Source: Verrucomicrobiota bacterium
Lineage (GTDB): Bacteria; Verrucomicrobiota; Verrucomicrobiia; Opitutales; Coraliomargaritaceae
NCBI GenBank assembly: GCA_036160955.1
Contig: JAYYDJ010000095.1
Coordinates: forward strand, 1,790-65,789
Reading direction: 5' to 3'
DNA length: 64,000 bases
The position numbers were made by a program, and so were the translations under genes. This document shows positions 1 to 8,741 of the stretch, piece after piece. The notes below the pieces were generated by a model. It was not told the origin of the DNA, searched no databases, and saw only the letters and a list, made by a program, of their open reading frames with translations. Each line of letters opens with the position of its first letter. Positions within the stretch are counted from its first letter, which is position 1.

Positions 1-453
1 AAGCCCGAGATCCACCTTTATGCGTAATTCAAGTCACTAGATCTGTTTTTAGTCTATGCGAGGAATAACATTTTACATAGGAACGCGGCTACTTTTTTCG
101 AGTGAAAGATAAAAGAGTAGGGCGCGGGTACCGATGTCAGTTTACAGTAAGCAGTACTAGAGGATTAAACAAATACCCCTACGGTCCCATTAGGGGTCGA
201 ATAATAAGTAATTACAGGTACATTATAGGACTTTTTAAAAAGTAGCTTTATACCCATTATGTGGTTATGGATGGTGCTGTTTTGTGTGACTTATGGTGGG
301 TAGTCTCCAATAAGCTGTGGAGTGTCAAAATTGGTTGCAATTGGAGCCTAATTTATAGAAAAATTTAATTTTTTATATCTAAACGATAATAGTCCCATTG
401 TAAAATAACTATAAAATGTTGTTCGCAGTTGATTGTGAATAACTTGTGCATAA

Positions 454-500
454 TAACTATATGTAGTGGTTAAATTGTAAAATTTCACAATATATTGTGT
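454..500 (+). promoter_or_regulatory. Tandem NrdR-box-like palindromes, probably overlapping the nrdBA promoter
   Basis: Box 1 at 485..500 is tCACAATATATTGTGt, with a perfect 14-bp palindrome at 486..499. It matches 15/16 positions of the NrdR consensus acaCwAtATaTwGtgt as I remember it. Box 2 at 454..469 is taACTATATGTAGTgg (12/16). The centres are 31 bp apart, which is the usual tandem NrdR spacing. A TATATT -10-like hexamer lies inside box 1. Confidence 0.55.
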
Positions 501-699
501 TCCCATGTTGACAGTAGCATTAAAAGGGAACATGTTTACCGTTCTATGATGTCCAAAATATACAACATAAAAGACGTATCTTTTTGTTGTACAAGGCACT
601 CCAAATTTTAAATGCAAAAATTTATTTACAAGGGCCAATTTAGGTAAAATCTTAGAAAAACTTCATTCTAACTCACTGACTCAAAAAAGACGCAATATT

Positions 700-1782
700 A
701 TGGAAAAAACTTACAAAATCGGAGATCGCACATTCGTGCTTGACGAAAGCAAAGCAGAAGCCGCTTTCTCTGCAAAAAAGATCATCAATGGTAAAGACAC
801 AATGTTCTTTAATATTTTGCCTCTAAAATATCAGTGGGCATATGATTTGTACAAGACAATGAAGAACAACCATTGGGAACCAGAGGACATACCAATGCAA
901 AAAGATGTTGAACTTTGGCGTAGCAGTGAACTATCAGAAGTGGAGCGCTGGATTATCAAGATGGCGATTGGTTATTTCTCTGCGGCCGAGGGCATTGTCG
1001 GAGACAATATACAGCACGTCACACGCGAACTTGTGACTGCACCCGAACTAAAGCTAGTTCTCGGCCGACACGCACACGAAGAAAATATTCATGCTGACTC
1101 ACTAGTATACATGATCAGCTCACTCGGCATCAACCCACATGAATGCGAAGCAATGTTCGAAGATATTCCAACGATTGCCAAGAAGACAGAATTCGTTGTC
1201 AGTAACTCACGCGCACTGCGCCGTGACATGGACTTGGAAACAGTCGCCGACAAGCAGGCTTTTGCGAAGAATCTATTCTTGTTTGGCCAGTGTATGGAGG
1301 GGACACAGTTTTACGGATTGTTTGGCATGGTGCTATCACTCTATCGTCAAAATAAGTTTCCCGGACTTGGGCAGATGTTCCGTTACACGCTACGTGATGA
1401 GTCTAATCACATTGAAGTTTTCCGCAACTTATTAATGGATTTGATTGAAGAAAACAGTGATATATGGACACCCGATTTTAAAGAGGAACTCAGCGACATG
1501 ATGCGTGAAGCGATCACTCTAGAAAAAGAGTTTATTCGTGACTGCTTGCCTGTAAACTCCGTCGGGTTAAGTGCAGATGAGTTTTGTCAGTACATCGACT
1601 ATATTGCAGATCGCCGTCTCGAAGGCGTCGGTTTACCGCCCATAAGTGATGGTGTGGCCAATCCTTTCCCTTGGCTCGCAGAAATGATGGACATTAAAAA
1701 AGAACAAAATTTCTTTGAAGGTCGCGTGACTGAATACCAGAAAGCATCCGCGCTAGGTTCAGTCGATGACGACGAACTTTAA
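700..1782 (+). CDS. nrdB: Ribonucleotide reductase small subunit R2, class Ic-like (no radical tyrosine)
   Basis: The 360-aa ORF is colinear with chlamydial R2c as I remember it (PLKYQWAY, FFSxAEGxVGxN, EENIH, MEG, LRDESxH, NPFPW, NFFExRVxEYQ). The first metal ligand is Glu (E97) rather than Asp. The residue four positions after the EENIH histidine is Leu135 (cta, 1102..1104) where class Ia has Tyr. Confidence 0.93.
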   Translation: MEKTYKIGDRTFVLDESKAEAAFSAKKIINGKDTMFFNILPLKYQWAYDLYKTMKNNHWEPEDIPMQKDVELWRSSELSEVERWIIKMAIGYFSAAEGIVGDNIQHVTRELVTAPELKLVLGRHAHEENIHADSLVYMISSLGINPHECEAMFEDIPTIAKKTEFVVSNSRALRRDMDLETVADKQAFAKNLFLFGQCMEGTQFYGLFGMVLSLYRQNKFPGLGQMFRYTLRDESNHIEVFRNLLMDLIEENSDIWTPDFKEELSDMMREAITLEKEFIRDCLPVNSVGLSADEFCQYIDYIADRRLEGVGLPPISDGVANPFPWLAEMMDIKKEQNFFEGRVTEYQKASALGSVDDDEL

Positions 1783-1788
1783 TTGTAC

Positions 1789-1808
1789 TGGCGGAGTAAT
1801 TACCGCCA
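1789..1808 (+). promoter_or_regulatory. Intercistronic GC-rich hairpin between nrdB and nrdA
   Basis: TGGCGG (1789..1794), an 8-nt loop, then CCGCCA (1803..1808), followed by the T-rich stretch tggttcttcttctct. This could be a partial terminator or an RNA-stability element. Confidence 0.3.
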
Positions 1809-1876
1809 TGGTTCTTCTTCTCTACCCCACAAAATTGATTAAAACTTACCGTTAGCCTACTGACCCAAAATAAAAA

Positions 1877-4800
1877 ATGATACAAAAAATTTCCTTCGAA
1901 GAAGATCTTGAGCTCAAACGCTTCGCAACAATTCCAAAAGAAAAAAAACCGCGTTTTGATTGGCGCGGAGTGATTGAGCAGGGCGGGATGCAAGGTCCGG
2001 AAATAAAGGTAGCAGCAGAGGGAGTAGAGCGCGACTTCGACCTTGCAGAAATTGCTGATACGATTGGTGCAGCTTTGACTGATTTATTGTTATCTCGACA
2101 GGAGGATGAAATTTTTACCGACCAAAACCAAAAGTTTGTGGCGACAGTAGCAGAAAGTGTAGGCCGTGTACTAGCCGAGCAAATTGAGCAAGGGCGCGAG
2201 CTAAAACTGTCTTCTCATGATATTGATTTACTCATTGAAAAAGCGCTCATTGAAAACGATGCACATGATGTAGCGAAGAGTTTAGTCTTCGCACGTAATC
2301 ATGGTGATACGACTGAAGAAAGAGGCCCGGTTTCAATACGTTTGATTCGTAGAAACACGCAGGTTGTTCCCTGGAATGAATCAAAAATTGAAATAGCTGT
2401 GCGTAAGTCCTTCCTTTCGCTGCAGATGGACTCATCGCCAGCAGTTGAAGTGGCACGCTCGGTGACAGACCGACTCAACAGTTACGGCCAAGCGTTTATC
2501 AACATAGAAGATGTCCAAGATGGTGTTCAAGAAGAGCTTATGCGCCAAGGCCACTTTAAGGTAGCGGAGTCTTACATCCTTTACCGTGCGCACCGCTCGC
2601 GTCTACGTGAAAACTCTGATGATGCTGCTGGTTCTGATGAAGCGCAGCAAGAATCAATGATTGTAGTCACTGAAGAGGACGGTGAAAACACTTTCTGGGA
2701 TGGTATAGATCTTAAAAAACGTATTGAATTTGCATCTATTGGTTTAGAGCTGAGATTAGATTCTGATGCAATTGAGCTAGAGTTGCGCCGCTCTTTATAT
2801 CCAGAAATGAAGCGTGAGGATCTGGAAAAGACAATTATATTAAATTCGAAAGCTTTAATTGAGCGAGATGCTGACTTTGCGCGCTTTGCTGGTCGCATTC
2901 TTTTATCGTATATTTACCAAGAAGCATTGGGTTGGGATATCGTCGAAGATGGTGTTGATAAACTCAAGGATGCGCATCGCCGTGGCTTAAAAACTTATCT
3001 CAAGCGAGCCGTAGAAATAGGTCGGGTGAATCCTAAGCTTTTGGAGTATGACTTGGATAGGCTTGGTGATGCTTTGGACCCATCTGCAGATTTAGATTTT
3101 GATTATTTGGGAGTGCAGACCCTTTACGATCGTTACTTGATTGTTGATAAGACCTCTAAGCAACACCGCCGCTTAGAGGTGCCTCAATACTTCTGGATTC
3201 GTGTTTCCATGGGTCTTTTCCATGCAGAAAAAGAAGACCGTGAGGCTTACGTTATTAGTTTGTACAATTTATACAAAAGCAGGCGTTTTTGTTCATCGAC
3301 TCCAACTCTCTTCAACTCAGGTACTTTGCACTCTCAGCTTTCATCGTGCTACTTGTACAAGGTAGACGATAGCATTGAGTCGATTATGCACCGCGGTATC
3401 GCAGACAATGCGTTTTTATCGAAATGGGCCGGGGGCCTAGGCGGTTCATGGACAGCTGTACGCGGGACAGGAGGATTTATCAATGGAACTAACGGAGAGA
3501 GCCAAGGGGTCATTCCATTTTTGAAGCTTCATAATGATCAGCTTGTTGCAGTTAATCAGGGTGGAAAGCGTCGTGGCTCAGGATGTGCCTATTTAGAAAC
3601 CTGGCACAATGATATCCACGATTTTCTTGAGTTACGTAAGAATACTGGTGATGACCGCCGTCGCACTCATGATATGAATACGGCTAATTGGATACCAGAT
3701 TTATTTATGAAGCGCATGGAAGCACGAGAAGTGTGGACGCTCTTTCGCTCGAATGAAGCACCAGATTTACACGACCTATATGGGAAAGCTTTTGAGTCAC
3801 GCTACGCCGAGTATGAAGCGATGGCTGAGAGAGGGGAAATTTTAGGAAAGCAAGTTCCTGCTATTGAGTTATGGAAGTCCATGCTTCGTATGATTTTCGA
3901 GACCGGTCACCCGTGGATAACATTTAAAGATCCTTGTAATATACGCAGTCCGCAAGATCATACAGGTGTCATACACAGCTCCAATCTATGCACAGAAATC
4001 ACGCTAAATACGTGTGACGAAGAAACAGCAGTATGTAATCTTGGCTCTGTTGTTTTGGACTCCCACTTGGATAAGGACGGCAATTTAGATCATAACAAAT
4101 TGCGTGAGACCATTCGTATTGCTGTTCGAGCTCTGGATAATGTAATAGATATTAATTTCTATCCAACAAAGGCTGCCGAGACAGCAAACAGTCGCCATAG
4201 ACCAATTGGTTTAGGTGTGATGGGTCTACAAAATGCTCTTTTTGTAAAGAATATACCATTTGCTTCTCAGGCAGCAGTCGAGTTTAACGATGAATTTATG
4301 GAGGCGATTGCTTACTACGCCTATGAAGCATCTTCCGACCTTGCTGCTGAGCACGGAACTTACAGTACTTATTCAGGTTCTAAGTGGGATCGCGGATTAA
4401 TGCCACAAGACACTTTAGATATGCTCGAATCAGAGCGCGGTGAAGAAGTTAAAGTACCTCGTGCTGGGAAGATGGATTGGAAACCACTTCGAGAAAAAGT
4501 TGAAAAACAGGGAATGCGTAATTCTAACGTTTTGGCGATCGCTCCAACCGCTACCATTTCTAATATTATGGGTACGTCGCCTTGTATCGAGCCGACGTAT
4601 AAAAACCTCTTTGTAAAAAGTAATTTGTCCGGCGATTTTATTGTCTTAAATGGTCATTTAGTTAGAGACCTCAAAGCGCAAGGTCTCTGGAATGATGAAT
4701 TATGCGAGCAACTTAAGTATTTTGATGGCGAGCTTGAAGCTATTGAAGGAATACCAGATACAATACGTGAAAAATATAAAACTGCATTTACTGTAGACTA

Positions 4801-5131
4801 TAAATACTTGATAGATGCGGCATCACGCCGGCAAAAATGGATTGATCAGTCGCAGTCGGTGAATCTTTTTCTAGCAGAACCGGACATTAAATCACTCTCA
4901 CACATGTATCGTGACGCTTGGCACAAAGGTTTGAAGACTACTTATTATTTACGTACTCTAGGTGCTTCAAATATTGAGAAAGCTACGGTCAGCGTTAAAA
5001 AAGAGGTTCGAGGGCGAGCAGGTCAAACAGAGGGAACGTCTTCTGAGAAAAGGGAGTACACTGATGCCGAGGTCAAGGCGTGCTCATTGGATGCTATGAT
5101 GAATGGTGAAGAGTGTGAAGCCTGCCAGTAG
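1877..5131 (+). CDS. nrdA: Ribonucleotide reductase large subunit R1 with an extended N-terminus of ATP-cone-like repeats
   Basis: The 1084-aa ORF carries SNLCTEITL, GLGVMG, IAPTATIS and the C-terminal TTYYLRT motif plus a CxxC tail. ATP-cone-like segments precede the catalytic barrel, for example IRLIRRNTQVVPWNESKIEIAVRKS...YILYR. Confidence 0.95.
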   Translation: MIQKISFEEDLELKRFATIPKEKKPRFDWRGVIEQGGMQGPEIKVAAEGVERDFDLAEIADTIGAALTDLLLSRQEDEIFTDQNQKFVATVAESVGRVLAEQIEQGRELKLSSHDIDLLIEKALIENDAHDVAKSLVFARNHGDTTEERGPVSIRLIRRNTQVVPWNESKIEIAVRKSFLSLQMDSSPAVEVARSVTDRLNSYGQAFINIEDVQDGVQEELMRQGHFKVAESYILYRAHRSRLRENSDDAAGSDEAQQESMIVVTEEDGENTFWDGIDLKKRIEFASIGLELRLDSDAIELELRRSLYPEMKREDLEKTIILNSKALIERDADFARFAGRILLSYIYQEALGWDIVEDGVDKLKDAHRRGLKTYLKRAVEIGRVNPKLLEYDLDRLGDALDPSADLDFDYLGVQTLYDRYLIVDKTSKQHRRLEVPQYFWIRVSMGLFHAEKEDREAYVISLYNLYKSRRFCSSTPTLFNSGTLHSQLSSCYLYKVDDSIESIMHRGIADNAFLSKWAGGLGGSWTAVRGTGGFINGTNGESQGVIPFLKLHNDQLVAVNQGGKRRGSGCAYLETWHNDIHDFLELRKNTGDDRRRTHDMNTANWIPDLFMKRMEAREVWTLFRSNEAPDLHDLYGKAFESRYAEYEAMAERGEILGKQVPAIELWKSMLRMIFETGHPWITFKDPCNIRSPQDHTGVIHSSNLCTEITLNTCDEETAVCNLGSVVLDSHLDKDGNLDHNKLRETIRIAVRALDNVIDINFYPTKAAETANSRHRPIGLGVMGLQNALFVKNIPFASQAAVEFNDEFMEAIAYYAYEASSDLAAEHGTYSTYSGSKWDRGLMPQDTLDMLESERGEEVKVPRAGKMDWKPLREKVEKQGMRNSNVLAIAPTATISNIMGTSPCIEPTYKNLFVKSNLSGDFIVLNGHLVRDLKAQGLWNDELCEQLKYFDGELEAIEGIPDTIREKYKTAFTVDYKYLIDAASRRQKWIDQSQSVNLFLAEPDIKSLSHMYRDAWHKGLKTTYYLRTLGASNIEKATVSVKKEVRGRAGQTEGTSSEKREYTDAEVKACSLDAMMNGEECEACQ

Positions 5132-5248
5132 GGATTATCCTTAATGATAGCTTTTTCTTTGATGCGCCCAAAAAGTACTCATCGTTGATTATTGTCTGCA
5201 AGCAAAGTGCATTCAGAAACATTATAGTTTCCCTCACTTTGTAATTTT

Positions 5249-5905
5249 TTATGATTTGCTGTAGATTGTGCTTACTAAATCTTTTGTAACTGCCCAGCGC
5301 GTCAATGCTACCGAATTTGGTAATTGTAGCTTTTTTAAGATATTTGCACGGTGCGTATCGGCAGTCCTAGCGCTAATGCCTAGTTTGATCGCTATTTCTT
5401 TATTTGTATAAGCTTCAGCTACTAAAATAATAATTTCACGTTCTCTTTTGGTTATAGATTCTAAGCGATTACTATTGTAAGACTCTTTAGATTCAATAAA
5501 TTCACGTAATACTTTTTCTGTGTCTGAGTTAAAGTAGGCATTGCCTTCAGCCGTCTGTTTAATCGCTTTTTCTAACTCGTCTAGGCTAGCACTTGTGTGA
5601 ATATATCCTGTTATGCCGATTCTTATAAGTTTTCTAAGCGCGGATTTATAAGTAAGCGAAGCAGAAATTAAGACATTCTGTCTTGGTAGCCTTTTTTTTA
5701 GACGACTGATTAGTTCATAACCTTGGGAGCTTGGTGAGGTTAAATTGATAATGACTAAATCAGGATTGTGTTTTAAGCATAAGTCGTATCCGTCAGAGTC
5801 GTTACCAGCTTTGGCAACTAAATCAAGCTTTGGGTATCCACTAATAGCAAGAACTAGAAGATCTCGCAGTAAATTTTCTTCTGCAATTATAACAATACTT
5901 CTCAT
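5249..5905 (-). CDS. NarL/FixJ-family response regulator with an atypical (Asp-less) receiver domain and a LuxR-type HTH
   Basis: The protein is colinear with NarL. The C-terminal HTH is ITKREREIIILVAEAYTNKEIAIKLGISARTADTHRANILKKL. The receiver motif PDLVIINLTSP has Asn54 at the phosphoacceptor position. The acidic pair is EE, and Thr104 sits where the conserved Lys is expected. Confidence 0.85.
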   Translation of the reverse strand: MRSIVIIAEENLLRDLLVLAISGYPKLDLVAKAGNDSDGYDLCLKHNPDLVIINLTSPSSQGYELISRLKKRLPRQNVLISASLTYKSALRKLIRIGITGYIHTSASLDELEKAIKQTAEGNAYFNSDTEKVLREFIESKESYNSNRLESITKREREIIILVAEAYTNKEIAIKLGISARTADTHRANILKKLQLPNSVALTRWAVTKDLVSTIYSKS

Positions 5906-6014
5906 AGTTTTATTATTGTTTCTAAATTAACTAGAAAAAAGATTTGTGAAGGGATTAACTTTTTTGAGTGATGGTTGATTTGCCCTTTATACTTGTCGGA
6001 TTGCTATTTACTGA

Positions 6015-6728
6015 GTGTTTAGCATTTTGGATGCCGTGTTTGTAGAATTATCAATATATAATGGTGCAACTGCATTTATTGCTGGGCTTGTTTCAAGTGT
6101 CCACTGTGTTGCTATGTGCGGTCCTCTTTCCTGCGTTTTTTTAACGGGTCGTGTAAATAAGGTAAATCCTCATGTAATTTTGAGTTCCTATCATCTTAGT
6201 AAACTCATAGGATATATTTTAGTAGGTGCTTTAGCTGGAGCTTTTGGAGGAAGTTTAATAAATTTATTGCATAACTCATGGTTAAATTATTTACCGTGGG
6301 TCTTAATTATTTTTTTTCTAACAATTGCATTTCGTTTGGAACGATATTACCCGAGACCTTTATGGTTAGCCAGTACATACCAAAAAATTTCTTCAAGAGG
6401 AATTACAGTTAGCCCAATAGCCAAAGCTATTTTTTTTGGATTTACTAGTCCGCTACTCCCATGCGGGCCACTGTATATGATTATGGGACTAGCCTTATTT
6501 TCTGGATCTGCACTTAGCGGAGCTGAATTTGCTGCTGGATTTGGAGTCGGCACAATGCCTCTACTTTGGCTAGCACAAAGCCAATTGTTTCGCTTACGAA
6601 ACAATCAGGCAATTAGTTTTCTTTCAACCATACAGCGTGCGATTGCACTGTTTGCAGCAATTGTCGTTATGTGGCGATTGAGGGCGACTCTTGGCATTGA
6701 GAGTACGATTGATTGGATATGTCAATAG
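6015..6728 (+). CDS. DsbD_2 / TauE-like polytopic membrane protein with paired Cys motifs
   Basis: The GTG-start ORF has about 6 hydrophobic segments. It carries HCVAMCGP and LLPCGPLY motifs typical of the 'cytochrome c biogenesis transmembrane region (DsbD_2)' family. Confidence 0.6.
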   Translation: MFSILDAVFVELSIYNGATAFIAGLVSSVHCVAMCGPLSCVFLTGRVNKVNPHVILSSYHLSKLIGYILVGALAGAFGGSLINLLHNSWLNYLPWVLIIFFLTIAFRLERYYPRPLWLASTYQKISSRGITVSPIAKAIFFGFTSPLLPCGPLYMIMGLALFSGSALSGAEFAAGFGVGTMPLLWLAQSQLFRLRNNQAISFLSTIQRAIALFAAIVVMWRLRATLGIESTIDWICQ

Positions 6729-6758
6729 ATTCAAAGCTAAATAAAGCTAATAGAATAT

Positions 6759-7484
6759 TTAATCGTTTTCTTCAGGTGGAGAAGTTTGTTCCTTGTAATC
6801 ATCTTGACCCTCCTCTTCTTCCTCTTCTTCCCACTTCATAGTATCATCAGCCTCTATGGTTTCACTGGTGTCGGCTTCAACGTCAGAGAGCTCTTTTTGT
6901 AACTCCTCATCTTCTGATTTAGGCCCGCTACTATCTTCATCGTCGAGTTCAAATCCTTCAGGGACATATTCAAGTATAGCGGTCATTTCATTAAAAAAGT
7001 GACTGGCTCTTCCTTCCATGAAGTCATTGTTCTGAGTCTCACGAATTTCTTCTTCTAGTTCTTCGATGGTGAAGCTTTGTGAGAAGTCTATCAAATCATT
7101 GAGTAGCCGCACTCTGAGTTTGGTAATGTGATTGATTAGATCGGCATAGGGGCCTTTCTCCTCATCCATTACATTAGGCAGAGCAAATAGTTGTTCTTCA
7201 CTTTCGAGAATACTATCATTGATTCGCTTTAAAAGGACGCTCTTATCTTTCTCAATTCTATCGATAGCAAAGGAATAAAAAGCTTCTTCAACTAACTCAT
7301 TTTGTAGACCATAGTCAGATAGAGATTCAATTAAATCTAGAATGTGTTGGAACTGCCTTGGATCAATTATGCCCAAGCCATCGATGTCCCAGTGAATAGG
7401 ATCGCTGATCTCTTGAATCCACCAATTCATGTCTTCGCCAATTCGTGCCTTACACCATGTGAGTTTTGAAGTCGTATTTGTCAT
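6759..7484 (-). CDS. Hypothetical, highly acidic protein
   Basis: This 241-aa ORF is rich in D/E, with a C-terminal EEEEEEE-GQDD tail. I recognise no motif. It is divergent from pyrD. Confidence 0.5.
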   Translation of the reverse strand: MTNTTSKLTWCKARIGEDMNWWIQEISDPIHWDIDGLGIIDPRQFQHILDLIESLSDYGLQNELVEEAFYSFAIDRIEKDKSVLLKRINDSILESEEQLFALPNVMDEEKGPYADLINHITKLRVRLLNDLIDFSQSFTIEELEEEIRETQNNDFMEGRASHFFNEMTAILEYVPEGFELDDEDSSGPKSEDEELQKELSDVEADTSETIEADDTMKWEEEEEEEGQDDYKEQTSPPEEND

Positions 7485-7666
7485 GCCTCAGAAATGTCCT
7501 GATTACTATGTGTTATATAGAAATGTACTCTATTCGGTAAATCTACAGCAAGAGGGCTTGTAAAGGGCTTAAATAGAGAATTTTTAGTAAATGCCATTTT
7601 ACTTGTTAAGAATAATATTAACCTTAGCTTATTATCTTTTAAAGTTAAGTCGTATAAATTATTATT

Positions 7667-8731
7667 ATGGGATATATTTATGAAAATATTGTGCGTCCAG
7701 CACTCTTTCAAATGGATCCAGAACAAGCTCATGATCGAGGGCGTCAAGTATTGATTGCTACTAGTCGAGTACCTGGTTTATGCACTTTCTTACGAGCCTT
7801 CAATCAAGTTAAAGAAGATAAGCCAGTAAAATTGTTTGGATTAGAGTTCCCTAACCGTGTTGGCTTAGCAGCAGGGATGGATAAAGATGGAGAGTTTGTA
7901 AGGGCTATCGAAGCACTTGGTTTTGGACATGCAGAAGTTGGTACTGTAACACCGAAGGCTCAACCTGGTAACCCAAGACCAAGGCTTTTCCGCTACCCTG
8001 AGCGCAATGCTTTAATCAATCGAATGGGTTTTAATAATCATGGTGCAGATGCCATGCTTAAATGCCTCACTAAAAATTATCCTAAAGGTAAAAGGCGCAT
8101 TCCAGTGGGAGTAAATATAGGAAAAGCTAAAGCAACTCCACTAGACCAAGCAGTAGAAGATTATTTAGCCTGTTTTCATATTCTGGCTGATCAAGCTGAT
8201 TACTTTACGGTTAATTTAAGTAGCCCGAATACCCAAGGATTACGTGAATTACAATCTGCTGAGTATTTGCGTGATTTACTCCAATGTCTAAGAGATGCTA
8301 ATAAAAGACATGCAAAAAAACTTGGGCGTCAACCGCATCCGATGTTGTTGAAGATTGCCCCGGATCTAACATATCCTGAGATCGACGTTATTATGGAAGT
8401 ATTATTGGATCTAGGATTTGACGGTATCATTGCCACTAATACCACCATAGCCAGGCCATCCGGTCTAATTTCAAATGAAACGGGAGGCTTGAGTGGAGGA
8501 GCTTTCATTCGCCAACGTTCAAGTGAAGTCATTAATTATATCCATCGTTCTACTTTAGGGCGCTTGCCAATCATCGGTGTCGGTGGAATTGATTCACCTG
8601 AATCTGCGGGGGAGAAGATGGATGCAGGCGCAGCAATGGTACAACTCTATACAGGTTGGATTTACCGCGGACCATTTTTTGCCAGAGTATTAGCTAATGC
8701 ACTCAAGAGTCGTGGCGATGAGTGGGTCTAA
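7667..8731 (+). CDS. pyrD: Dihydroorotate dehydrogenase (quinone), class 2
   Basis: Motifs NRVGLAAGxDK, GFGxxEVGTVTP, NRMGFNNxG, NxSSPNTxGLR and IGVGGI are present. Confidence 0.9.
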   Translation: MGYIYENIVRPALFQMDPEQAHDRGRQVLIATSRVPGLCTFLRAFNQVKEDKPVKLFGLEFPNRVGLAAGMDKDGEFVRAIEALGFGHAEVGTVTPKAQPGNPRPRLFRYPERNALINRMGFNNHGADAMLKCLTKNYPKGKRRIPVGVNIGKAKATPLDQAVEDYLACFHILADQADYFTVNLSSPNTQGLRELQSAEYLRDLLQCLRDANKRHAKKLGRQPHPMLLKIAPDLTYPEIDVIMEVLLDLGFDGIIATNTTIARPSGLISNETGGLSGGAFIRQRSSEVINYIHRSTLGRLPIIGVGGIDSPESAGEKMDAGAAMVQLYTGWIYRGPFFARVLANALKSRGDEWV

Positions 8732-8741
8732 GCAAGCTAGA

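Noticed and set aside
348-638. 96-aa minus-strand ORF in the nrdB upstream region.
   Set aside because: Its composition is AT-rich and junk-like (F/Y/N/T-rich), and there is no start context. It spans the NrdR-box/promoter region, so it is most likely a chance ORF in AT-rich non-coding DNA.
1-699. A cobalamin riboswitch, tRNA, tmRNA, RNase P or SRP RNA in the long nrdB upstream region.
   Set aside because: I looked for the B12 box, T-loop GGTTCGAATCC-like arms, and the tmRNA, RNase P and SRP conserved cores. I found none. Only short generic hairpins and palindromes are present. A covariance-model scan is still needed.
1139-1435. Alternative-frame ORFs inside nrdB. There are also several inside lipA (8825..9359) and elsewhere.
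   Set aside because: They lie in a different frame of, or antisense to, strongly conserved genes, and I recognise no motif in them.
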